64,000 nt of DNA from an uncultured bacterium. Its GTDB lineage: Bacteria; Actinomycetota; Coriobacteriia; Coriobacteriales; Coriobacteriaceae. How positions within the stretch are numbered: the stretch's first letter is position 1; each line of letters begins with the position of its first letter. A program made the position numbers and the translations under genes. A model generated the notes under the pieces. It searched no databases. It saw only the letters and a list, made by a program, of their open reading frames with translations, and was not told the DNA's origin. The DNA lies in contig CAJMLB010000003.1 in assembly GCA_905214145.1 (NCBI GenBank), forward strand, positions 2,655 to 66,654. The letters are read 5' to 3'. Shown here in pieces: positions 11,283 through 19,846 of the stretch.

Positions 11283-11464
11283 CGAGGTCTAATACTTTTC
11301 CGAGAAGTGAATGAGTGAAAACGGACCCCCGAAGCATCGACACTTTTCGGGTGCCGTTTCCTGCGGCTTTGATGCCAGAATCCTGCGTTTATGCCGTTGA
11401 AAAATGCGGATGCTCCAGGGGTCCAAAAACAGACGTTCGCTTCGCGGAAAAGTATTAGACCTCG
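11283..11464. mobile_element. 182-bp MITE-like element, copy 2
   Basis: Same length, orientation and terminal IRs as 8203-8384; diverged interior. Confidence 0.75.
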
Positions 11465-11545
11465 ATAGCAGGGGATGGTGGGCCGATGACAAAGTGGTGG
11501 CAGAAAAGGGGTACGCAAAGCACGCCGGTCATAGGGAATCAAAAT

Positions 11546-11586
11546 CACGTTGCAAAAGCATGAGAATATCCTACAATTGCAACATG
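11546..11586 (+). promoter_or_regulatory. Putative leaderless promoter with operator inverted repeat
   Basis: TTGCAA(11550)-16 bp-TACAAT(11572), ATG 6 nt later; IR CACGTTGCAA...TTGCAACATG. Confidence 0.55.
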
Positions 11587-12207
11587 AAGTACTTTAGCAA
11601 CATAACGGCGATAAGCGAGCTTTCCGAGAGTGAGGGCGTGTTCACCACAGCCCAGGCGGCTCGTATGGACATCTCTCGAGATGCGCTGGCACACTCATGC
11701 CGCGTGGGGCGTCTTGAACGGATATGCCACGGCGCCTACCGGATGTCGGGCACGCAGCGCCGAGACACTGACGAGCTCAACGCTTTTTGGAAACTCACCA
11801 ATCCCTCCCTTTGCGCGTGGGAGAGAAAACGCCAGTGGGATGGCATCGCCGTGAGCGGTACGACAGCGGCGAACCTACAGCAAATGGGCGATTTCTATCT
11901 GTCCCCCTACAGGATGACCGCGCCCATGCGCATCAATACGAGAAACGAATCCCTTTCTTTTGCAAAGCGCGAGATCGCTGAGCAGGACATCGTCTGGCTC
12001 GACGGCCTGCCGGTAACTAAACCCGAGCGCACGCTTGTTGATCTTTGCCTCGATTGCGAGGACCCCTCATTAATTATCGATGCCTATAACGACGCGCTTG
12101 GGCGAGGGCTCGAGATACAGCGGCTGAAAGATCTTGTAGAGGAGAACTCTAAAACCGCCAAACGACGCGAGTTGATGATGCCCTTGTTGACGGCGCTGAA
12201 CGAGTAA
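11584..12207 (+). CDS. AbiEi-family type IV TA antitoxin
   Basis: GVFTTAQA, LERICHGAY, GLPVTKPERTLVDL. Confidence 0.85.
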   Translation: MKYFSNITAISELSESEGVFTTAQAARMDISRDALAHSCRVGRLERICHGAYRMSGTQRRDTDELNAFWKLTNPSLCAWERKRQWDGIAVSGTTAANLQQMGDFYLSPYRMTAPMRINTRNESLSFAKREIAEQDIVWLDGLPVTKPERTLVDLCLDCEDPSLIIDAYNDALGRGLEIQRLKDLVEENSKTAKRRELMMPLLTALNE

Positions 12208-12222
12208 TGAAAAACGGAGGAC

Positions 12223-13113
12223 ATGGTGAAGTACAAAACACCTGCCGCACTGGAGATGGCTGTTAGGGATGCCGCAAGAGAATCGCCGATGGATACTAAT
12301 CGGGCGATCGTCGGTTTCTACTTTCATCGCTTCCTATGTCGCGTTTTTTCAGAAGATGACGGCCGCTTTGTACTCAAGGGTGGCCAAAGCGTCCTGGCGC
12401 GAACACTCGATGCGCGTGTCACAAGAGATATTGACTTGGTTGCTCAAGAGGAGAGCCTCGAAGAGGCTGTTGCCGATCTGGCGCGGGCGGCTTCGATTGA
12501 TCTGGAGGATTTCGTTTCGTTTGTCTTTGATCGTGCAGAGCAGATCAAAAAAGAAGATGAGTATCGGTGTGGTGCGAAGGTGTGGTTCACCCCCTTTATG
12601 GGAACCAAGAAGCTGCAGCCAATTTCAATTGACTTGGTAATTGATGAAGTGCGGGGACTTGAGCCTGAGGTTCTTGCGCCGATCGATCGTTTGAATATTG
12701 AGGGGCTCCCAGTCTGCGACTATCGAGTATGCCGAGTGGAGAGTGCCCTTGCAGATAAATTGCTCGCAATGGTAGAGATGCATGAGGGCCGTGCCTCTTC
12801 GCGAATCAAGGATATAGTCGACATCTTGGTGTACGCGAAAACTTGCTTCGTCGATGGGACTACGCTTGTCGAGAGGGTCGAGAAAGAAGCATCTGCCCGC
12901 AAGGTGGCAATGCCGGAAGAGTTCGTGGCGCCTCTCTGGTGGAAACAAAATGGTTCTGCGCAGTACATAAAGATGGCGAGGCAGGCGGGGGTACTTGATC
13001 TCGCGGGGAACATTGCTGGGGCAGAAGGGGTCGTCAATCGGTTGTATACACCGTGCTTTAATCATTCGGCGAATGTGCGCAAATGGAATCCTCAGACCAC
13101 GGGATGGGAATAG
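12223..13113 (+). CDS. AbiEii/AbiGii-family nucleotidyltransferase toxin
   Basis: FVLKGGQS, RVTRDIDL, ADKLLA, SSRIKDIVD. Confidence 0.88.
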   Translation: MVKYKTPAALEMAVRDAARESPMDTNRAIVGFYFHRFLCRVFSEDDGRFVLKGGQSVLARTLDARVTRDIDLVAQEESLEEAVADLARAASIDLEDFVSFVFDRAEQIKKEDEYRCGAKVWFTPFMGTKKLQPISIDLVIDEVRGLEPEVLAPIDRLNIEGLPVCDYRVCRVESALADKLLAMVEMHEGRASSRIKDIVDILVYAKTCFVDGTTLVERVEKEASARKVAMPEEFVAPLWWKQNGSAQYIKMARQAGVLDLAGNIAGAEGVVNRLYTPCFNHSANVRKWNPQTTGWE

Positions 13114-13122
13114 GCTAGATAG

Positions 13123-13161
13123 TTAAGCCGGCGGCAGGATTAGTTCCTGCCGCCGGCTTAA
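13123..13161. terminator. Bidirectional terminator between convergent genes
   Basis: TTAAGCCGGCGGCAGGA...TCCTGCCGCCGGCTTAA. Confidence 0.8.
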
Positions 13162-13186
13162 GACGTTTCTACTGCCTATGTATGCG

Positions 13187-14620
13187 CTACTCACAGGCCT
13201 GGTCGACCACCTGAGTAACGGCCTTCTTTGCGGCTTCGAGGTTGCGCTGGGCTTGGGCGACAGCGGCCTCGGCTTGTTTCTTGGCCCTTACGACCTCGGC
13301 AAAGCGATTGATGGATTCGCTATACTCGCGCGTACGCGGGTCGAGTGCTGGTGGGACTTCGATCTCGAACAGATCGGTAGGGCGGATGGCGTGGCTGTAC
13401 TGATTGTCGGACAATACCTGCAAAACTATGGACCCATGGCCGTCGGTGAGGTACGCCGCGACCATCTCTGCATACACCATGCGCTCCTCGTCGGTCATCG
13501 TTGGAATCGCCGGGCGAATGGCGGTGGTGTTGTGCGAGGCAACTAGATGCTGCTTTGCATCATCGATGCCGACCACAAGTAGGTTCGACGCGCCGTAACG
13601 ACCGAGTATGCGCGGCATGACGATATCGCCGCAACGAAGCTCGTAACGAGCCAACACGTCTGGACTTACCTTTACAGGTTCGGAATCCAGCTCCGACGCG
13701 CCTTCCGCAACATCCTTGGGCAGCAAATAGCCGTTGCGGAAATCCTGAGATGAAATGCGGCGCACCTCGACAGCGTCGATGTCATCCGAGGTGGTGCTGT
13801 CTCGGGGCATAAACGGCACCACGCGCATAAAGCTGTCGCCGAGCGTTGCGCTGTAGTTTTGAGCTACGGAGATCAGGCCAACCCTGCCTTTGGAGAGCGC
13901 GGCGTGGTGTTGGAGTAGCTTGCGCGTTTCGAGCTCGACGGTTTCAATGGAAACCGTTTTGCGTGAGTCGCACTCGATGCCGCTCCAGTCAGGGGAGAAA
14001 GCCAAGGGAAGATTGGGGTAGCGAGCCCCGTCGGCAAACCGAAGGCGTGGCATGGGCGTGGCGGCATTGCGGAATGAAACGCTGCGATTTCCCGTCGACA
14101 ATACAATAAGTGCGTACATGCCGTGCATCGGAGATTCGGCGAGCGGGTGATATAGGACGCTTTCGACGAGCCCCTCGCGCAACAGAATCGCGCGTGCCTG
14201 CTCGGCGTTGTCCAAAGACTCGAACGGCAGCAGTACGGCGGCTCGAGTACGACCGGAAAGGGCTAGTGCATACAGGCACCAGAGATAGGCCTCCCAATCG
14301 CAGAAGCCCAGGTAGCCAGGCTCCAGATCATTAATGAGCGCCTCACATGCGCTGTTGATTTCGCGAAAACGTTTGCGAACGCAAGCTGTGGCATCGATAA
14401 ACACCGGCGCCGCGTTGTCATTGCCCGTGTTCTGCTTGCCGGGCTCAAGTTCGCAAATATTAGGTACGCCGTTGCCGTTCAGCCTGAAGCATTCACGAAG
14501 CGCCTCGCAGCCGATGGCGCCAGGTAGGCGAACGGTGAGTAGGCGGCTGCCTTGTTCTAGGTTAAGCGCGCGCGAGAGGGCGGCGGCGGTGAGACGTGGC
14601 AATGATGTTGTTTCACGCAT
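13187..14620 (-). CDS. Degenerate N6-methyltransferase C-terminus fused to HsdS-like TRD/coiled coil
   Basis: RAAVLLP...RAILLREGLVESVL...ALIVLS...VSFRNA (HsdM-like); LRCGDIVMPR, AIRPTDLFEIEVP, C-terminal heptads (HsdS-like); no NPPY/F or SAM motif. Confidence 0.5.
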   Translation of the reverse strand: MRETTSLPRLTAAALSRALNLEQGSRLLTVRLPGAIGCEALRECFRLNGNGVPNICELEPGKQNTGNDNAAPVFIDATACVRKRFREINSACEALINDLEPGYLGFCDWEAYLWCLYALALSGRTRAAVLLPFESLDNAEQARAILLREGLVESVLYHPLAESPMHGMYALIVLSTGNRSVSFRNAATPMPRLRFADGARYPNLPLAFSPDWSGIECDSRKTVSIETVELETRKLLQHHAALSKGRVGLISVAQNYSATLGDSFMRVVPFMPRDSTTSDDIDAVEVRRISSQDFRNGYLLPKDVAEGASELDSEPVKVSPDVLARYELRCGDIVMPRILGRYGASNLLVVGIDDAKQHLVASHNTTAIRPAIPTMTDEERMVYAEMVAAYLTDGHGSIVLQVLSDNQYSHAIRPTDLFEIEVPPALDPRTREYSESINRFAEVVRAKKQAEAAVAQAQRNLEAAKKAVTQVVDQACE

Positions 14621-14909
14621 GTATAGAGCCCTTTCTTCTTGGTGGGCTATATAATAGCAGAAAAATTTAAAAATTTCTAATGACGAGAACAGCCTACTGT
14701 GCTATCCTCGAAGCAATCCAAAACCAACTCAATACCAACTGCTTGATGCAATCGCTACACAGCCTTTAGACAAACCGCGCTATCAAGCAGGGTGATTTCA
14801 CTAACGAAGCTGCAGGTTAGGTCGATTGTCATCATCCATACCTCAGAGCATTCTAAAACTTAGAACAGACTTACACCAAACACCCGAAACCGGATAGAAA
14901 GAAACATTC

Positions 14910-15827
14910 ATGAAGAAACGGGACAACATCTACGAGGCATTCCTCAGTGCGATCGACGAGGATCTCCGCGACATGTGCGAAATGAACGGAAAGGTAGAAC
15001 GGTCTCTTCCGTGTCCGTACTGCGGCGAGAAGAACGTCGAGCGCCTGGCCAAATCGCTCGTTGGCGTGCTGGAAGAGCGCTCGCCCGATATTCCCGGGCT
15101 GGTGCCCGAGCAGTATCGAGCCGATGTACACGAGGCCCGCGAACTTTTGACTGCCGCGACACTCGCTTTGCTGCCACTGTATTTTCCCCCGCGCGATAGC
15201 CGCATAGGCAGTGTAGCGACTGTGGTGAGTATGTTTAGGCACGGGCGTACTGCGGGCTTTAAATCGGCTGGTGTTCTCTTGTTCGAGGAAGTTGCGACAG
15301 GGATGAAGTACAGCACCAAGCAGGGTGCCTATATCCCGTCCTCCTTCGTGCGCCATACCGATGGCAGAAAGCCATGCGACCGGCTGCACCGCGATGGATC
15401 GCGTGGCTTTACGGCGGATGAAGATGATGCCGTCATGTTTTATAAGCGCTACCTCAAGGTGCAGCGACGCGTGTTCGATACGAGTCCGCGTTTCAACTTT
15501 GAGTTATGCGTCAAACGCCCGTTTGAGGCACTTTTGGACGAACGACACACTTTTTATTACATGGAGGAAAAGATGGAAATCGATTTGACCAACAAAGTAC
15601 ACGGACTCGAAAATCGCTATCTCCTCAATATCAAGCATCATAAAGATTACGACCTGCTTGACAAGCTGATGATCCATGCACTGCTTGCGTACCTGGGCGA
15701 CACAACGGTCTCAACTGCTGCTCGCGAGAGTTATCTGGCGCAGGCCGAGCGCCTGATCGGTCACGCGACCAAGTCGCCGCACTCGGCACAGCTCAATGAG
15801 GACGACGGCGACGATCGCATTGCTTAA
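14910..15827 (+). CDS. Hypothetical protein, possibly stand-alone VirD4 all-alpha-like domain
   Basis: 305-aa ORF with RBS; patchy similarity to middle of downstream VirD4; one CPYC motif. Confidence 0.55.
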   Translation: MKKRDNIYEAFLSAIDEDLRDMCEMNGKVERSLPCPYCGEKNVERLAKSLVGVLEERSPDIPGLVPEQYRADVHEARELLTAATLALLPLYFPPRDSRIGSVATVVSMFRHGRTAGFKSAGVLLFEEVATGMKYSTKQGAYIPSSFVRHTDGRKPCDRLHRDGSRGFTADEDDAVMFYKRYLKVQRRVFDTSPRFNFELCVKRPFEALLDERHTFYYMEEKMEIDLTNKVHGLENRYLLNIKHHKDYDLLDKLMIHALLAYLGDTTVSTAARESYLAQAERLIGHATKSPHSAQLNEDDGDDRIA

Positions 15828-15879
15828 CAACCACTAACGCCACGGACAAGAAAGGGGTCACGCCACGCCAGTCATCAAG

Positions 15880-17349
15880 ATGTACGGCTACGAGGCCGCG
15901 CAGCAAACGGAGTATCAGACCAAGAAGTGGGCGACTAAGGAGGAGATGCGGGCGCTGTCGTCCGGCGATGAGCAGCGCGACGTGATCCTGGCGCAGGGTG
16001 CCACGGTGGCGTTCTACGAGGACGACAAGCATTGGGAGACGAGTGTGTCCAACAATGTTTTTGCCTTTGGAGGTACCGGCAGCGGCAAAACGGCGAGTTT
16101 CATTTTGCCCAACCTGCTCAATCACCACGAATGCTGTTATGTGGTCACAGACACCAAGGGTGAGCTGCTGCGCCGTACGGGGAAAGGCTTTGAAGAGGAC
16201 GGCTACGAGGTAACGGTTCTCGATACTGTTAATCCCGAGCAGTCGGCCGGATACGACCCTCTGCGTTACGTGATGGATGTCGAGGATATCCCCACCACAG
16301 TGGCGGCAATCATGGAGGGGGTCGATCCTGACGGCCGTAGCCTTAGGTATGATCCGTTCTGGAATAACGCGAGCGACCTGCTGCTTCGAGCGATTGTTGG
16401 AATCCTGTTCCTCCTGGAGACCCTTGCCGGCACCCTTACGCCGGGTGAGGACCCCAATGCCCCGCGCCGCTACCTTAAGATGAACAACGTCTTTAAACTG
16501 GCTGCGCTCATCAAGGTTACGGGAGATGGTGAGGGGCGATTCCCGTTGGACTACCTTGTAGAAGAGGTGGAGTCCAGGGAGTTTCTCGATAAGTTTGGTG
16601 CGGAGAACGCTGATCTGTATGGCGTTGAGCAGTATCGCGATTTTCGAGGTGCGGCAGATAGGACGCTTAAGAGTATTCTGATCACGCTCAATGCAACTAT
16701 CTCGCGGCTTAAGACGCCTCAGCTCATGCGCGTTTTTGAGAATGACGAGATGCGTCTTGATCGTATTGACGAGGGCAAGCGCATGATCGATCTTAAGGTG
16801 AGCGACAACGATTCGGCTAATGCATGGCTTGCGAACGTTGCCCTTAAGCAGCTGTTTAACCTTGCCCAGCGCCGTGCCGATGCCAGCCCCAGCGGCCATT
16901 TGCAGCGTCGCGTGCAGTTTGTGCTCGATGAGTTTCCCAATGTGGGCCGCATCCCCGATTTTGAGCGCAGCATTGCGACTGTGCGCAGTCGCGGCATTAG
17001 CTTTTTGATGTGTGCGCAATCGCTGAGCCAGCTCGATGTCGTGTACGGCAAATCCACGGCGCTTACCATCCTCGATAACTGCGATAGTTTGGTCTATATG
17101 GGCGGCGGCAGCAACATCGCGACGCAGAACTACATAAGCGAACTGTGTGGCGAGTCGGTTTTGGGCACCAAGTACGTGGGCGCCGAGCGCACTGCCGTAG
17201 ATGTGCGCGGTTGCGTGATGACCCCAGGCGAGGTTGGGCTTATGCCCCGCACCGATTGCCTGGTCAAGGTGACCGGCATGCGTCCCTTCCGCGCCAAGAA
17301 GTACTTTTGCGCCGATCATCCCAATGCTGCCAAGTGGCTGAGGGATTAG
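15880..17349 (+). CDS. VirD4/TraG-like coupling ATPase without N-terminal TM
   Basis: GGTGSGKT, VTDTKGEL, YDPL, DPFW, FVLDEFPNVGRIPDF, RSRGI, QSLSQL, ILDNCD. Confidence 0.9.
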   Translation: MYGYEAAQQTEYQTKKWATKEEMRALSSGDEQRDVILAQGATVAFYEDDKHWETSVSNNVFAFGGTGSGKTASFILPNLLNHHECCYVVTDTKGELLRRTGKGFEEDGYEVTVLDTVNPEQSAGYDPLRYVMDVEDIPTTVAAIMEGVDPDGRSLRYDPFWNNASDLLLRAIVGILFLLETLAGTLTPGEDPNAPRRYLKMNNVFKLAALIKVTGDGEGRFPLDYLVEEVESREFLDKFGAENADLYGVEQYRDFRGAADRTLKSILITLNATISRLKTPQLMRVFENDEMRLDRIDEGKRMIDLKVSDNDSANAWLANVALKQLFNLAQRRADASPSGHLQRRVQFVLDEFPNVGRIPDFERSIATVRSRGISFLMCAQSLSQLDVVYGKSTALTILDNCDSLVYMGGGSNIATQNYISELCGESVLGTKYVGAERTAVDVRGCVMTPGEVGLMPRTDCLVKVTGMRPFRAKKYFCADHPNAAKWLRD

Positions 17350-17464
17350 CCCTTGCAGCTTTGTGTACCCCATCTTGCATGTTTTGTCGCACGGCTTCCG
17401 TTAGTCGTAAGCCGTGCGGTCCAGTTTTTGCCTCCTTACCGATTCCGTTTAGAAGGGAATTGCC

Positions 17465-18067
17465 ATGCCCGTTATGTATCGTGAGCCCAGCATCATAAAG
17501 AAGTCCAAGGACGGCCGTGTTGCCGCTGTCGATATGGCAAGCGAACTGCTCAACAGCCGTGTGCTGCTGCTGGAGGGCGAGGTCAACGATGCGACCTGCA
17601 ACGGCCTTATTAAGTCCATGCTGGTGCTGGAGCATCAAAGTGCGACCGAGCCCATCACCCTCATCATCAACAGCCCGGGCGGCAGCGTCACGGCGGGGCT
17701 GGCGCTCATCGACACCATGCAGTCGCTCGATTGCCCCGTGATCACGGTGGGCGAGGGCGTCGTGGCCTCGATGGCCGCGGTGATCTTGGCCTGCGGCGAC
17801 CACCGTCAGGTGTACCGCCACACGCAGGTGCTCATCCACCAACTGATGGGCGGCATGGGCATGGCGCAGCAGACCGATATCGAGATCGTGGCCCAGCATA
17901 CAGCGGCCATGCGCGCCGAGCTGGACGAGCTGCTGGCCGAGCATGGCAACCTGAGCGCCCAGGAGTTCCACGAGCTCACCGAGCGCGACTGCTGGTGCAA
18001 CGCCAGGCGCGCTCTGGAGCTGGGCCTGGTGGACGAGGTGATTGCGCCCAGCAAGAAGGCGCTCTAG
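17465..18067 (+). CDS. clpP: ClpP-family serine protease
   Basis: INSPGGSV, ASMAAVIL (Ser), IHQ (His), ERDCW (Asp), ALELGLVD. Confidence 0.92.
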   Translation: MPVMYREPSIIKKSKDGRVAAVDMASELLNSRVLLLEGEVNDATCNGLIKSMLVLEHQSATEPITLIINSPGGSVTAGLALIDTMQSLDCPVITVGEGVVASMAAVILACGDHRQVYRHTQVLIHQLMGGMGMAQQTDIEIVAQHTAAMRAELDELLAEHGNLSAQEFHELTERDCWCNARRALELGLVDEVIAPSKKAL

Positions 18068-18141
18068 CGGGGCGCATGCCTTACAAGTACGTTGTGCAGG
18101 GCGAACAAGTGCGTAAATTCACAGCCAGAAAGAGGTTGAAC

Positions 18142-18960
18142 ATGAACAGGATTTGGGACGTCGATGGCATTGAGTGGGAAGACCTGCCCACCGTGAGCGA
18201 CCTGCTGTGCGCTGCGGACACAAAGATCCTGGCGCGTGAGGTTGCCCTTCGATACGGCGGCAAGCCGGACGGCCGCGGCCGTGGCGATAGCGAACGCAGC
18301 CTAAAGCGCGCCCGCCGCAAGGTCAAAAAGCTGCGGAAGATAGATCCCGAGCCCAGCGACAAGATCATCCTGTTGCCCAAGCATGTCATCAATCGTCGCG
18401 ATGCGGGCCACGGTTTTGGCTATTACGACGTGGAGCCGTGCATCTTTATGCGCGACGGCGTGCAAAGGCTGGGGGAGGACGCACTCGCCAATGTGCTTCC
18501 GTGGGAATTGATCCTGATGGATGATGAGTCCGCGAGCGAAATGCTGGGCTTTCGCGTATGGCTCGAAGGCGAGTGGGATCTATGCGAACGTTATCGCTTT
18601 TTGGCCGTGGTGTGTGTTCGCATGCTGAACAACATCCGGGCGCAAAAGGAGCTGCGCAAGTTCCTCGAGCAGGGCGATGCGGCCTGCGATATGGACGAGG
18701 ACGATGTAGTTGAGGACATTCGCCGCGACGTGCTGTATCCCGAGGAAGTAATTAACGCCAAACTCGGCGGCTATTGGGACGCGAGTTTGGGACTCAACCT
18801 GCCCTGGAAGGACGAGCATCGGCAGACTTGCACGCGGATTGACAGGGCTATCGATGACCTGTTTGCCGAGGAAACGAAGCGCTGCGCTGCGGAGCTTGGG
18901 AAGAAGCTCGAGCGCGGGTATGAGGAGCGCGGGGAGTTACTGAACGGGATGTCCTTGTGA
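18142..18960 (+). CDS. Hypothetical protein (weak DUF6557-like impression)
   Basis: ATG after GAGG RBS; coding-like 272 aa. Confidence 0.6.
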   Translation: MNRIWDVDGIEWEDLPTVSDLLCAADTKILAREVALRYGGKPDGRGRGDSERSLKRARRKVKKLRKIDPEPSDKIILLPKHVINRRDAGHGFGYYDVEPCIFMRDGVQRLGEDALANVLPWELILMDDESASEMLGFRVWLEGEWDLCERYRFLAVVCVRMLNNIRAQKELRKFLEQGDAACDMDEDDVVEDIRRDVLYPEEVINAKLGGYWDASLGLNLPWKDEHRQTCTRIDRAIDDLFAEETKRCAAELGKKLERGYEERGELLNGMSL

Positions 18961-19047
18961 ACGGTTGCCGACGGTCCGATAAAAATCTGTCCGGACGAAA
19001 TGATAGAACGATAGCGTAAATAGCATCTGCACTTTAAGGAGTTAACA

Positions 19048-19485
19048 ATGGGAATCGCCTATAAGGAACTGTTTCGTGTAAACCGTCCTATCTGTGGGCC
19101 TGGACCAGGAGGTTTCTTCATTAAAAGATTCAAGGAAGGCGGCTACAGTGAGGCTGAATTGCTCGATTTAATTTCGGGAGTGGACTTTTCTCTTGGTGAA
19201 GTGGATGAGGACATTAGCCTGAAAAAGAAATGCGAAATAGTCGAACAGGCGGTGAGTGGGGTGCATTATACGAGTTGGGCCCCCAGCGTGATCAGCATGA
19301 TCATCTCACTTACGGTCGGAGGGTGTCTGTCTGCATGGGCGGGCAACAATTCAATCGCTGCCGGGGTTTTCGTGACGCCATGCCTGATTGCCTTGGGAAT
19401 ATATGCATGGTTTCGTTTATGCTTTGAGCGAAATCAAACGGTACTGTTGGGTGCGCTGAACCACATAAAGACACTTCAGCCGTAG
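19048..19485 (+). CDS. Hypothetical two-TM membrane protein
   Basis: AAGGAG RBS; two C-terminal hydrophobic segments; AT-richer DNA. Confidence 0.65.
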   Translation: MGIAYKELFRVNRPICGPGPGGFFIKRFKEGGYSEAELLDLISGVDFSLGEVDEDISLKKKCEIVEQAVSGVHYTSWAPSVISMIISLTVGGCLSAWAGNNSIAAGVFVTPCLIALGIYAWFRLCFERNQTVLLGALNHIKTLQP

Positions 19486-19614
19486 TTGCATGAAATCGCC
19501 GATCGCCTGCCGTGGGCCCTCGGGACCGCCCTCGCGGCGCCCTTCCCGCTCTTTCCGGACATGGCGTCCTCCGATCTCCCGGGGCCGGCCGACCCGGCCC
19601 TCAGGGTATCGGAT

Positions 19615-19652
19615 TCCCAAATTCATCCGTACATGTACGGATGAATTTGGGA
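19615..19652. repeat. 38-bp perfect palindrome without loop
   Basis: TCCCAAATTCATCCGTACA|TGTACGGATGAATTTGGGA. Confidence 0.95.
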
Positions 19653-19846
19653 GGTGTTCGGATGAAGTTGATATTCAAGGGGTGCGGCAGTTGGCAGGAA
19701 TCTCAAGCGCCCAACCGCCAATCTCCACATTTCTTTGCTAAACTAGCTTTGCGCGGGAAACCGTGCATAGTTCGGGAGCATGTCCCCCAACTGGATCTAG
19801 GTTCGGATGCCGTTGCCCGGACTATTGGTGAAGGTTGGGGGACTTC

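Noticed and set aside
17731..18141. N-terminal extension of the 409-aa ORF
   Set aside because: Overlaps clpP in another frame; better start with RBS at 18142
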